DNA of 64,000 nt. It comes from Pristiophorus japonicus (taxonomy: Eukaryota). The stretch spans positions 147,622,001 through 147,686,000 of the forward strand of contig NC_091984.1 of the NCBI RefSeq assembly GCF_044704955.1, read 5' to 3'. Positions 12,082-24,251 of the stretch are shown here, in pieces; the stretch's first letter is position 1, and the number at the start of each line of letters is the position of its first letter. The position numbers were made by a program, and so were the translations under genes. The notes beneath the pieces are model-generated. The model was not told the DNA's origin and ran no database searches. It saw only the letters and a program-made list of their open reading frames with translations.

Positions 12082-15000
12082 ACTGACGACGAGATACAGA
12101 TAGTGAACCCAAAGATGCAGAGAACAGTGGGCATCCTGGAGAAATTCTCGGAGGAAGATGTTTGGAAAACTTTTGTGGAGTGACTCAACAAATATTTCGT
12201 GGCCAATGAGCTAGATGGGGAAGAGAGCACTGCCAAACGAAGGGCGAAACTCCTCACCATCTGTGGGGCACCAACTTATGGCCTCATGAAGAATCTGCTC
12301 ACTCCAGCGAAACCCACGGAAAAATCATACGCCAATTTGTGCATACTGGTCCGAGAGCATTTGAACCCAAAGGAAAGCATTCTGATGCTGAGTTATCGGT
12401 TCTACACCTGCAAAAGGTCTGAAGGCCAGGAAGTGGTGAGTTATGTCGCCGAGCTAAGACGCCTTGCAGGACATTGCGAATTTGAAGGACATTTGGAGCA
12501 CATGCGCAGAGACTTTTTCATATTTGGGATTGGCTATGAAACCATACTTCGCAAACTTTTGACTGTAGAGACCCCAACCTTAATTAAGGGCATAGCGATA
12601 GCCCAGGTGTTCATTGCCATCAATGACAATAGGAAGCAAATCTCTCAGCACCAAATTGCTGCTACAAATACAGTGAACAAACTGATTTGTTTTTGAATCA
12701 TAACGTACAGGGCAGGTCACACATACCTGCAGCTACATGACCGCAGATGTCTCAGAGTCCACCATCAAGGGTGATGAGTGCAAGCTATTAAAACCTTGTT
12801 GGCGCTGCGGGGGTGATCATCGCTTCTATTCATGCCGATTCAAAGACTACGTTTGCAGGGAATGTAGTACAATGGGACGCCTCCAACGAGTGTGCAGGTG
12901 AGCTGCAAAGCCTGTTAAATCTGCAAACCACCAGAGGAGGACAGATCCACACAGGGTCACGACGAACCAGAGCCTCAGATCGAGGAGGCAGAGGTGCATA
13001 GGGTGCACACATTCATCACGAATTGTCCCCCGATAATGCTGAATGTTGAACTAAATGGACTCCCGGTCTCAATGGAGCTGGACACGGGCATGAGCCAGTC
13101 CATCATGCGCAAAATGACTTTCAAAAAGTTGTGGTGCAACAAGGCCTCGAGGCCAGTCTTAACTCCAGTTCGCACGAAACTAAGAACTTGCACGAAAGAA
13201 CTGATTCCTGTAATCGGCAGTGCTACCATAAAGGTCTCCTATGATGGAGCGGTGCAAAAGCTACCACTCTGGGTGGTACCGGGCGATGGTCCCACGCTGC
13301 TCAGCAGGAGCTGGCTGCGAAAGATACGCTGGAACTGGGATGACGTCCGAGTGCGATCGCCCGCTGACGACACTTCGTGTGCCCAGGTCTTAAACAAATT
13401 TTCTTCTCTGTTTAAACCATTCATCGGGAAATTCCAAGGATCAAAAATGCAGATCCACCTAATTCCGGCGGCACAACCCATCCATCACAAGGCGAGAGCA
13501 GTATCGTACAAGGGTAGAGATTGAGCTAGACTGGCTGCAAAGAGAGGGCATCATTTCGCGTTTCGAGTTCAATGAGTGGGCCAGTCCTATCATCCCAGTC
13601 TTCAAGGGAAATGGCACCGTCAGAATCTGTGGCGAATGACAAAGTAACTATCAATTGTTTCTCCCTGCAGGACCAATAGCTACTACCAAAGGCTGCCGAC
13701 CTCTTTGCAATGCTGGCGGGAGGAAAGACGTTCACAAAGCTGGATCTGACTTCAGCCGACATGACGCAGGAACTGGAGGAATCATCGAAGGCCCTCACCT
13801 GCATTAACATGCACAAAGGTCTTTTTGTTTATAACAGATGCCCGTTTGGAATCCGATTGTCGGCAGCGCTATTCTAGAGAAACATGGAAAGCTTACTGAA
13901 GTCAATCCCGCACACCGTGGTCTTCCAGGATGACATCTTGGTCACGGGTCGGAACACAGTCAAGCACCTGCAGAACATGGAGGAGGTTCTTAGTCGACTC
14001 AACCGCATGGGGCTCAGGTTAAAACGCTCAAAGTGCATTTTCCTGGTGCCTGAAGTGGAGTTCCTGGGAAGAAGGATTGCGGCGGACAGCATCAGGCCCA
14101 CCAACGCGAAGACGGAGGCAATCGAGAACACACTGAGGCCGCAGAATGTGACGGAGCTGCGGTTGTTTCTGGGACTCCTGAACTACTTTGGTAACTTCTT
14201 ACAGGATCTCAGCACACTGTTAGAACCACTGTATGTCTTACTACGAAAAGGGGATGAATGGGTTTGCGGCAAAAGCCAAGAAAATGCCTTTGTAAAAGCG
14301 AGAAAATTGCTATGCTCAAACAAATTGCTTGTGTTGTATGATCCATGTCAGCGTTTGGTACTAGCATGTGACGCGTCGTCAGATGGCGTCGGGTATATAT
14401 TGCAACAAGCTAATGATTTCGGGAAAATGCAACCAGTTGCTTTTGCATCCAGATGTCTGTCTGAGGCTGAGAGAGCCTACAGCATGATTGAGAAAGAAAC
14501 GTTAGCGTGTGCATATGTGGTAGAGAAAATGCATCAATATCTGTTTGGGATAAAATTTGAATTGGAAACTGACCATAATTCACTTATATCGCTGTTTTCC
14601 GAGAGAAAAGGGATAAATACCAACACATCGGCCTGCATCCAGAGATGGGCGCTTATGTTGTCCGCATACAACTTCGCCATCCGCCACAGGCCAGCCACAG
14701 AAAACTGCGCCGATGCTTTCAGCAGGCTGCCATTGGCCACCACAGGGATGGAATTGGCACAGCCCGCAGATCTAGGCATGGGTATGGAACCATTTGAGAG
14801 TGAGCAATCACCCGTCACTGCCCGACAGATCAAAACCTGGACAAGCCAGGACCCCTTATTATCTCTAGTCAAAAGCTGTGTGCTTCACGGGAGCTGGTCC
14901 ATTGTCCCAGTGGAAATGCAGGAAGAGATAAAGCCTTTCCAGCGGCGCAAAGATGAAATGTCTATATATGCAGACTGCCTTCTGTGGGACAATCAAGTAG

Positions 15001-16186
15001 TGGTCCCCAAGAAGGGCAGAGACACCTTCATCAATGACCTCCACTGTACCCACCCGAGCATTGTAATGATGAAGGCGATAGCCAGATCCCACGTGTGGTG
15101 GCCCGGTATCGATGTGGACTTAGAGTCCTGCGTTCACAGATGTAACACATGCTTGGAGTTAAGCAATGTATCCAGGGAGGTGCCGCTAAGTTTATGATCT
15201 TGGCCCTCCAAACCATGGTCTAGAGTACACATTGACTATGCAGGCCTGTTCTTGGGTAAAATGTTCCTTTGAGGTTGAAGAGCGTACTCCAAGTGGATTG
15301 AATGGGAGATAATTTCGGCTAGCACATCCGCTGCCACTACTGAAAGCCTGGGGGCCACCTTTGCCACACACGGCCTACCCAATGTGCTGGTGAGCGACAA
15401 CGGGCCATGTTTTACCAGTGCTGAGTTCGAAGAATTCATGAGGGATCAAACATATCACATCTGCCCCGTTTAAACCAGCGTCCAATGCGCAGGCAGAGAG
15501 AGCAGTGCAAACCATCAAGCAAGGCTTGAAGAGGGTAACTCGCCCATCCCAAGTCCTGCTTAGCTACCGCACGGGACCCCACTCACTCACTGGGATCCCA
15601 CCTGCTGAATGGCTCATGAAAAGAGCACTTAAGACAAGGCACTCGTTAGTTCACCCTGATCTACATGAACAGGTAGAGAGCAGGCTGGCTTCAACAAAGT
15701 GCACACCGTGATAGCGCTAATGTGTCACGCGAGATTGAAATCAATGATCCTGTATTTGTATTAAATTATGGACAAGATCCCAAGTGGCTTTCCGTCACTG
15801 TCATGGCCAAAAAGGAGAGCAGGGTGTTTCGCGTCAAACTTTCAAATGGACTCATTCAACAGAAACACTTGGACCAATCAAACTCAGATTCACGGACTAT
15901 CCTGAGCAACCCACCTTGGACCCTACCGTTTTTGATCCCCCAACATACACATGAGGGGCAACCGGCACCACGGTTGACCATGAAGCAGAACCCATCATCC
16001 GCAGCAGCCCAGCAGGGCCCAACACACCAGGGCGCAGCCCAGCAAGGCCAGCTCCACAGCAGCCCAGTGAGGGCCCAACAAATGATTCAACACCAGCTTT
16101 CACACCGAGATGATCAACCAGGGCAAGAAGGGCCCCAGATCGACTCACATTGTAAATAGTTACACTTTTGAATTTGGGGGGAGTGT

Positions 16187-16396
16187 TGTTATATATGTAT
16201 ACTTGTATTTACTCTGTACATCCACCAGAGGGCTCATCCCCTGGAGTCCCAAGGGATCCCATAATCCCTTGGGAGCGCAGGTATTTAAGGAGGTTTCACA
16301 GGTTGGAGAGGCACTCTGGAGACCTGCAATTAAAGACTAAACTCACACTTTACTTTGAGCTCAGTGTTCAGTCTAACTTTTTCTCCATACACAACA
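16187..16396 (+). repeat. 3' LTR of Gypsy element 1
   Basis: TG...CA ends, preceded by PPT. Confidence 0.9.
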
Positions 16397-16980
16397 CAGA
16401 TCCTAACTGAAAAGCCACACTCAACCTCATCCTGCAGTGCCAATCCTCACATCCCCATCACTCTACCTTCCCTAATCCTGCACTTCCTTACTCACACCAA
16501 CTTAGCTTGCACCTCCACTCATCCCCTCTCTCTATCTCCATTATCACATCCCTTTCTCACCAGCCACCCCTCACACTCACCCTCACCTCATCCAATCATA
16601 CCAACTAAGCACACAAGGGTAGGCACTTGGCTCTTTTAGCCAAATAGTAAATCTTTATTTTTAACATGTTGCCTTCTTGGACAGTGGAAGTGTCTCAGTG
16701 AGTTGCAGTGATTAGCGAGACATAAAATTACCCCCGCAATCGTGCTGAGTGTGAAAGGAATGATTTGTGCATTGTAGGGGTACTGTAGGGGTGCTGTTGT
16801 GGGGTGGTGCCAAACTGGTGCATCATGTGGCAGCCACAGTGCACAGTGTGAAGGGAAGTAAATGTGGCCACGGTGAGGGTATCCCTGGCCTTCCGGGCAG
16901 CAATGTCTTCAGGTGCTGATGCCCCGTGTCCTGTGCAGCATCAGGTGATTACGGAGAATGTTGGTGCTGTGGTTGGTGTT

Positions 16981-17402
16981 GCTGGTGTGTCTGGTGCTGC
17001 TGGTGTGCCGGGTGATGCTGATGTGTCCGGTGATGCTGGTGTGTCTGGTGATGCTGGTGTGCCTGGTGATGCTGGTGTGCCTGGTGATGCTGGTGTGTCT
17101 GGTGATGCTGGTGTGCCGGGTGATGCTGGTGTGCTGGGTGATGCTGGTGTGTCTGGTGCTGCTGGTGTGCTTGGTGCTGCTGGTTTGTCTGGTGATGCTG
17201 GTGTGTCTGGTGCTGCTGGTTTGCCTGGTGATGCTGGTGTGCCTGGTGATGCTGGTGTGTTTGGTGATGCTGGTGTGCCGGGTGCTGCTGGTGTGTCTGG
17301 TGATGCTGGTGTGCCTGGTGCTGCTGGTGTGTCTGGTGATGCTGGTGTGCCTGGTGATGCTGGTGTGTCTGGTGCTGCTGGTGCGTCTGGTGATGCTGGT
17401 GT
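16981..17402. repeat. 18-bp minisatellite (GCTGGTGTGYCTGGTGMT)n
   Basis: About 23 tandem units; produces several overlapping low-complexity ORFs. Confidence 0.9.
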
Positions 17403-17879
17403 TGGGGCTGATCGTGGTGGGATTTTGAGGAACAAGGTGAGATTTTTTCAAGGGCACCGATGCGGATGGAATATCTGGCAGCTGAAGTTGAGATGACAGA
17501 AGCGATCTGTCAATGGTGAGAGAGGTTGCTCCAAGGAGGTGCCAGTGAATAGAGAGTTTACTCCAAACACTTCCAACCAGCTTCAAGCTCAAATGTGTAT
17601 TTCAAATCCTGAATGCTCCAGCTTCTGAGATTGGAAGAATAGGCAGATATTTCAGGAGAACCCTAAGGGGAATCTCGCTCTCTAACCAGTTTTGTGTTCT
17701 GAAATTCGGTGTGGGAGATGTTTCCCAAGGATAATTCAGCCTGCTCCAAGACCACAGCACCATGTGTGGCTCCGCTGTACGGGACGGGTTGACAAGGGGG
17801 GGTGGGGGGTGGACAAGGGGAGGTGGGGGGTGGACAATGGGGTGTGGCGGTGGACAAGGGGGGGGCGAGGGAGGAGAAA

Positions 17880-19180
17880 GGTCAAGAGAGCCATAGTTAT
17901 AGAGGATTCTATAATCAGGGGAGCAGACAGGTGTTTCTGTGGCATGAGTCCAGGATGGTATGATGCCTCCCTGGTGCGAGAGACAAAGATATCACAGAGC
18001 AGCTGCAATCCATTTGGAAGGGGGAGGATGCACTGCCAGACATGTCAGACTGCCAATGACATGGGTAGAAAGAGGGACAGGAATGGCAACTCAACGTTCC
18101 TGGTTACAGGGCTTTCAGATGAGATAGAGAGAGGGTTTAAAATGAGGCATCGTGACATTATTGGTTAAAGAAACAATTATAGCTGTGAGAATGCATGCCA
18201 TGTTAGACGAATCTTCAACTGATGCTATATGGATTGCAATAAGGAATAAAATAGGGACAATCACATTGCAACGAGTGTACTATCAACCCGCAAACAGTCC
18301 GAGGGTGATAGGAGAGCACATTTGCAGGATCATTTAACACAAGTGCAAAAACAATAGGGCAGTAATAGTGGGGGATTTCATTTAGCCCAATATTAGCTGG
18401 GATACAATCAGTGCTAAAGGTACAGGCGGCCCAGAATTCCTAAACTGTATTCAGGAGAAGGTTTTTCGACAGTTAGCCAGCCTAACAAGAGTGTGGGGGA
18501 TCAGTTCTGGATTGAGTGTCAGGGAATGAAGCTGGGAAGGTGGAAGGGATATCAGTGGGAGAGCATTGTTGTGGAAGTGATCATAATTCAGTTAGATTTA
18601 GCATAGTTATGGATAAGGACAAAGATAAAACTGGAGTAAAGGTTCTAAATTGGGGGAAGTCCAATTTTACTGTGTTGAGAAGTGATTTAGCCAAAGTGGA
18701 CTGGAAACAGCTACTTAAGCTACAGTGGGAGGCATTCAAGAGGGAGAATCAAGGGGTTCAGAGTAAACATGTTCCCACAAAGAAAATAGAAGAACTGCCA
18801 AATTTAAAAGCCCCTGGATGACTAGGGGCAGAAAGGGGAAGATAAGGCAAAAAGGGAAGCTTAGATCAGATATCGAGAGCTCAATACTGCAGAAAGCCGA
18901 GAAGAGGATAGAAAGTGTAGGGGTGACATCACAAACACAATTAGGAAAGCAAAGAGAGAGCATGAAAATATACTGGTGAGTAGAATTAAAGAAAACACAA
19001 AGATATTTTCTCAGTTGATAAAGAGCAAGAGGATAAGTAAGGAAAGAGTAGGGCGGAGGATGGGGTAAGGTACTTAATGAATCATTTGCCTCTATCTTCA
19101 CAAAAGAGGGGGACCATGCAGATGTTGAAGATAAGGAGGAAGAGAGAGAAATATTGGACGGGATAAACATAGTGAACGCC
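17880..19180 (+). mobile_element. Old CR1 LINE fragment (ORF1 esterase remnant, endonuclease, linker)
   Basis: AIVIEDSIIRGADR (GDS esterase-like); VYYQPAN; GSDHNSVRF. Confidence 0.75.
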
Positions 19181-19579
19181 AATGCCTCCAATGCTTCATT
19201 GCAGAATGTGCAGGCTCTCTCCCTGGGGCGTGGATCTGCCATGAGTACAGCTGCTTCTGTCCTCTGGCTCCTTGTCCTTGTCCTGCTCCTTGCTGAGGCA
19301 GCTGCACAGCCAGCAATGCTGAGAATGAGCTTCTGCAGCATCAATCAGCCTCCCCTTTAAGAACTAGAACCAGCCGGTGAAAATGATGACTTGCAATTAA
19401 ACTGCACGTGATATTGGTCCACCTTTTGAGTGTAATGCCAATGAGCTTGGTCTTAAAGACTTGAATTAGCGCTCCAATCATTTCTTTGAGTGGTCAGAAT
19501 GAATTTTGCGTACAATCTAAAGCATTAGCACCTGGCGCTAATTCTCCAACTTTTCAAATGATACTGGCCATTCCTGGAT

Positions 19580-20400
19580 ATAAATAGTTTCTTCCCATTG
19601 TCTTTGTTCCCTAGCCACAAAATCCGTTCCCTAGGCACCAATTCCATCCCTCTCCCTTGCAACTGACTGAGCTGAACTTTGGTGGTATAGTTGACACGTG
19701 ATGAGCTTCTGAACACGTGCCATCACGAAGACTGCCAATTTGCACCTCTGTAACATCGCCTGTCTCCACCCCTGCCTCAACACATGCCCAGCTGAAACCC
19801 CCATCAATGCCTTTGTTAACTCTAGACTTGACTATTCCAATGCTCTCCTGGCCGGCTTCCCACATTCTACTCTACGTAAACCTTAGGCCATATAAATCAC
19901 TACTGCCTGTATTCTAATTCTCTCAAAGTGCTGTTCACCCACCGCCCCTGTACTCGCTGACCTACATTGGATACTTGTTAAGCATTGCCTGGATTTTAAA
20001 ATTCTCACCCTGATATTCAAATCCCCCATAGCTTTGGCCCTCCCTATCTCTATAATATCCTCTAGCCCTACAATCCTCGCAGATAGCTGCGCTCCTCCAA
20101 TTCTGGCCTCTTGTGCACCTCCCATTATAAGGGCTCCACTATTGGTTGCCGTGCCTTAAGATGCTGAAGCCCTAAGCTCTGGAAATCCCGCCCTGTACCT
20201 CTCCGCCTGGCTCCGACTCTTTCCTCCTTTCAGACTCTCGTTAAAACCTACCTCATTGACTAAGTATTTGGCCATTGGCCCTAATATCTCCTTATGTGGC
20301 TCAGTGTCAAATGTTGTTTGATAACGCTCTTATGAAGCGCCTTGTGGTGTTTTACTGCTTTAAATGTGCTGTATAAAGGTACGTTTTTGTTGTTGTTGTA
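19580..20400 (+). mobile_element. L2-clade LINE 3' end
   Basis: Remnant of the AFVTSRLDYSNALLAGLP motif at ~19805-19865; (TGT)n tail at ~20385-20400. Confidence 0.75.
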
Positions 20401-21001
20401 TTTATGATAAAAGTATAAGAAATAGGAGCAGGAGAATGCTATTCAACCGATCGAGCCTGCTCTGCCACTCAATAAGATCATGGCTGATCTTCTACCTCAA
20501 TTCCACCTTCCCGCACAATTCCCGTAATGTCTTGTGATCGAGACAGTGCCTGGGGTTGCCCTGAATTTCTGAAATACTTGGTACCCCTTTATAAACTGAG
20601 ACACTCTCATAAACCCCTGTTAACACTGATACAGTCCAAGGACTCCCTGACTGTCTACTGTCCTCGGCATCCCTTTATACACTGACTCACTGTCTCTGAG
20701 AGCCTAAATAGTGACCTCATTTGGGGATGTCCTAAATGAATAGTGTCCTTGACACCCTTTTAAACATTGACCCAATCTCACACAATCCTTTGATGCTGAC
20801 ACAGTCTGGGTACTACCTGAATGATACAATACTTGGTGCCCTTTTTACATATTGACCAATGCAAATAATGAAAGTATTGGAGACCGCATTTTGTACATTC
20901 CAAATACCACTGCCCTATCATGTTTGCCTGCTGATTTATTCCAGTTGCCCAGCCCTCATAAAGTTAAAGGACTTCCTGGCCATTTGCTTGGAGCACTGTT
21001 A

Positions 21002-21595
21002 GAATCATAAGAACATAAGATAAGGACAATAGGAATAGCAGCAGAAGTAGGCCTTACAGCCCCTTGAGCCTGCTCCACTGGTCTATAAGATCATGGCTGA
21101 AGTTGGACCTTAACTCCACCTTCCCGCACTATCTATTTTTAGGCTGGATAGCTCTTGGTCGGCCGGCACGGACACAATGGGCCGAAATAGCCTCCTTACA
21201 TGCTGTAAATTTCTATGAATCTATGATCTCCATATCCCTTGATTCCCCTCGAGTCCAAAAATTTAGCAATCTCAGCCTTGAATATACTCAACGACTGAGC
21301 ATCCATAGACCTCTCGGGAGAAAATTGCAAAGTTTTACACCCCTCTGACTGAAGAAATTCCTGTTCCTCTCAGTCTTAAAGGGCCTGCCCCTTATCCTGA
21401 GACTATGCCTCCTAATTCTAGACTCTCCAGCCAGGGAAATAACCTCTCAGCATCTACACTGTCAATCCCTCTCAGAATCTGAAGTGTTTCAATGAGATCA
21501 GCTCACATTGTTCTCAAGCTCAGAGAGTATAGTCCAATCTACTCAATCTCTCCTCACAGGACAACGCACACATCCCAGGAAATAATCTTCTGATT
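21002..21595 (-). mobile_element. CR1 LINE 3' fragment carrying a short + strand CR1/SINE tail at ~21137-21226
   Basis: (CATAAGAA)-type tail and RT C-terminal remnant (EERLSRL). Confidence 0.7.
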
Positions 21596-21619
21596 CTCAT
21601 CAATCTGATGATAAAAGCT

Positions 21620-23597
21620 TGCTGGGAATGTAAGTTGTGAGGAGGATGCAAAGAGACTACCAGGGGATATAGACAGACTAAGTGAACAGGCAAGACATGG
21701 CGGAAGGAATATAAAGTGGAGAAATGTGAAGTTATCCACTTTGGTAGGAAAAATAGAAAAGCAGAGTATGTTTTAAATGGTAAGATTGGGAAATGTTGGT
21801 GTTTCGAGGGATGTGGCTGTCCTTGTACAACAATCACTGAAAGTTAATATACAGGGACAGCAAGTAATTAAGAAAGCTCATGGTATGTTGGCCTTGATTA
21901 CAAGAGGATTTGAGTTTAAGAGTAAAGACGTCTTACTACAATTATACAGGGCCCTGGTGAGAAGGCACCAGGGGTATTGTGTACAGTTTTGTTCTCCTTA
22001 CTGAAGGAAGGATATACTTGCCATTGAGGAAGTGCAACAAAGGTTCACCAGGCTGATTCCTGGAATGTGGTGATTGTCCTATGAGGAGAGATTGAGTAGA
22101 CTGGGCTTATATGCTCTAGAGTTTGAAAGAATGAGAGGGGATCTCATTGGAACATACACAATTCTGACGGGGCTTGACAGGGTATATGCAGGGAGGATGT
22201 TTCCTCTGGCTGAGGAGTCTAGAACCAGGGGTCACTGTCTCAGAATAAGGGGTTGGCCATTTAGGACTGAGATGAGGAGAAACTTCTTCACTCAGAGGGT
22301 GGTGAATCTCTGGAATTCTCTACCCAGAGGGCTGTGGTGGCTCAGTCTTTGAGTATATTCAGGACAGGATGGTGACAATTTTTTTCGGAGAGCCGAATTT
22401 GAGAAGGACACTCTATAATCCCTCATGGTTGACAGAGTCGAAGGCCTTTGTGAAGTCAAAGAAGGCCATGTACAGAGGTTGATGCTGCTCCCTGCATCTC
22501 ACTTGAAATTGATGTGTGGTGAAGACCATGTCTGTTGTGTCCCTTAGTGGGCAGAATCCACATTGTGACTCTGGAAGGAGCTCTTCAGCCATTGGGAGGA
22601 GACGATTGAAGAGGATTCTTGCGATAATCTTTGCAGTGGCAGACAGCAGGGTAACTATTCTGTAATTACCGCAATCGGATTTGTCCCCTTTCTTGAAGAT
22701 GATTTCGATCATGGCTTCTCTGAGATCCCCAGGCATGCTCTCCTCCTTCCAGATAAGAGAGATGAGGTCATGGATTTGCGTCAAGAGTACTTCTCCGCCA
22801 TGCTTTAGTACTTCGGCGAGGATTCCATCTGCTCCTGAGGCCTTGTTATTCTTCAGTTGTTGGATGGCCTTTTCATCCTCATGCCGGGCTGGGATTGTGC
22901 TGAGGTGGTGGTGGGCAGCTTGCTGTGGGATGGAGTCAAGGACACTCTCATCAAAGACATATCCTTGGTTGAGGAGATCCTCGAAGTGCTCCTTCCAGCA
23001 GGCACTGACTGCATCTCTGACCTTGATGAGCACTCCTCCATTCTTAGCTCTCAGTGCAGTAGGACCTCAGTGCTTGGGCCATAGGTGGTCTTGATGTGCT
23101 AAAAAATCCACCCTCGTCGTGGTTGTCGAGTCGTTGCTGGATCTCCTGCACTTTTTCCACCCACCATCTGTTCTTTAGGTCACGAGTTTGTTGTTGGACT
23201 TCGGCCTTCAGTTGTCTATCGATCTGCTTTCTTTCTCTCGAGTTGTGGTGTTGTTTTCAATTCAAGAATGCCTTGCATTTACAGTTTATTAGCTCCTGGA
23301 TCTCCTGGTCCTCCTCATCGAACCAGACTTGATGTTTCCTGGTCGAGTAACCAAGAGTTTCTTCACAGCTGCTAATTATTGTGCGCTTGAGGTCAGACCA
23401 GACTGCCTAAGAAGAAGGATATTCAAGACGGAGATCGAAAGATTTTTGGATGTTAAGGGAATCAAGGGATACGGGGACAGTGCAGGAAAGTGGAGTTAAT
23501 GTAGAAGGTGTGCCCTGATCTCATTGAATAGTGGAGCAGGCACAAGGGGCCGAATGGCCTACTCCTGCTCCAATTCTTTGGTTCTTATGTTCTTATG
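21620..23597 (+). mobile_element. CR1 LINE 3' part split by an RTE insertion (21620-22365 and ~23417-23597)
   Basis: ORFs 21777-22004 and 22074-22352; ATATTCARGAC on both sides of the insert; (TTCTTATG) tail. Confidence 0.8.
22390..23405 (-). mobile_element. RTE-clade LINE internal RT fragment
   Basis: ORF 22413-23033 with KASGADGI, KKGDKSDCGNYR, LLPESQCGF, FFDFTKAFDSV. Confidence 0.85.
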
Positions 23598-23816
23598 AAC
23601 CATTGTTGCAGCTCCTGCACAGCGAGCTTCTGGGTCCAATGGCAATGGTGCCTCAGAGCCAGGGTGCCCCAGAGCGAGGGTGCCCCAGAGTGAGGGTGCC
23701 CCAGAGCCAGGATTTTTTTTTTTTTAAATCCAATTTCGTTCCAGATCAACTCTAACGCCAAAGATCACTTTGCACCAATGTGTTTGATCTTAGGCCAAAA
23801 GGCCGAGAGGCGAAGT

Positions 23817-23951
23817 TGCACCGTTCCTGGAAATATTGCAATACCAGGTCGGTGCATGGAGTGGACGGGGCATGCCCCTGATCCAGCTCCCTGTCCAAAA
23901 ATCAATTCAATATCATGTCCCCAGAGGGGATATTAAACTGATAAGAACAGA
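23817..23951 (-). pseudogene. U2 snRNA-derived sequence, nt ~39 to 3' end
   Basis: Minus strand TCTGTTCTTATCAGTTTAATATC...GATTTTTGGA (Sm site)...GACCTGGTATTGCA...CCAGGAACGGTGCA. Confidence 0.92.
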
Positions 23952-24177
23952 TTTTTTTTTTTTTTTTAAATTTTTCGTTGCCAATCTTTCCAATCCTTTG
24001 TCAAATCACAAACGCCAGAGGTCACCTTGCACACATCAAGGATCACTCTGCGCCAATGCTCTTAGCCAAAAGGCCTAGAGCCACTGCACCGTTCCTGGAA
24101 GTACTGCAATACCAGGTTCGTGCCATGGAGGTGGATGGGTCAAGCCACCCCACCCACCTCCTATTTCCAAAAAGCAT

Positions 24178-24247
24178 AGGAGAACCACCTTCCTGATCCA
24201 GGGAGAGCCACTTTGGGGTCATGGTTATTCCCCTGTCAGGTCAGTTA
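24178..24247 (-). pseudogene. U1 snRNA-derived 5' segment (nt ~1-52 plus a second copy of part of stem-loop I)
   Basis: ACTGACCTGACAGGGGAATAACCATGA...GTGGCTCTCCCTGG, then GATCAGGAAGGTGGTTCTCC; U1 reads ACTTACCTGGCAGGGGAGATACCATGATCACGAAGGTGGTTTTCCC. Confidence 0.8.
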
Positions 24248-24251
24248 CGCA

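Larger units (their letters stand above)
11872..16396 (+). mobile_element. Gypsy (Ty3) LTR retrotransposon, full length but decayed
   Basis: 210-bp LTRs at 11872-12081 and 16187-16396 (~16 differences by eye); PBS-like ACTGACGACGAG; PPT GGGGGGAG; gag, PR (LDTG), RT (FQDD), RNase H (ACDAS), IN; flanks CAAAC/CAGAT may be a degraded TSD. Confidence 0.93.

Noticed and set aside
17785-17878. G-quadruplex-like (GTGGACAAGGGG...) run as a regulatory element
   Set aside because: Short simple repeat at a junction of decayed transposons with no linked gene.
20530-20870. Degenerate repeated motif CCCYTTTATAMACTGA
   Set aside because: Too diverged to define a unit by eye; probably an old tandem repeat.
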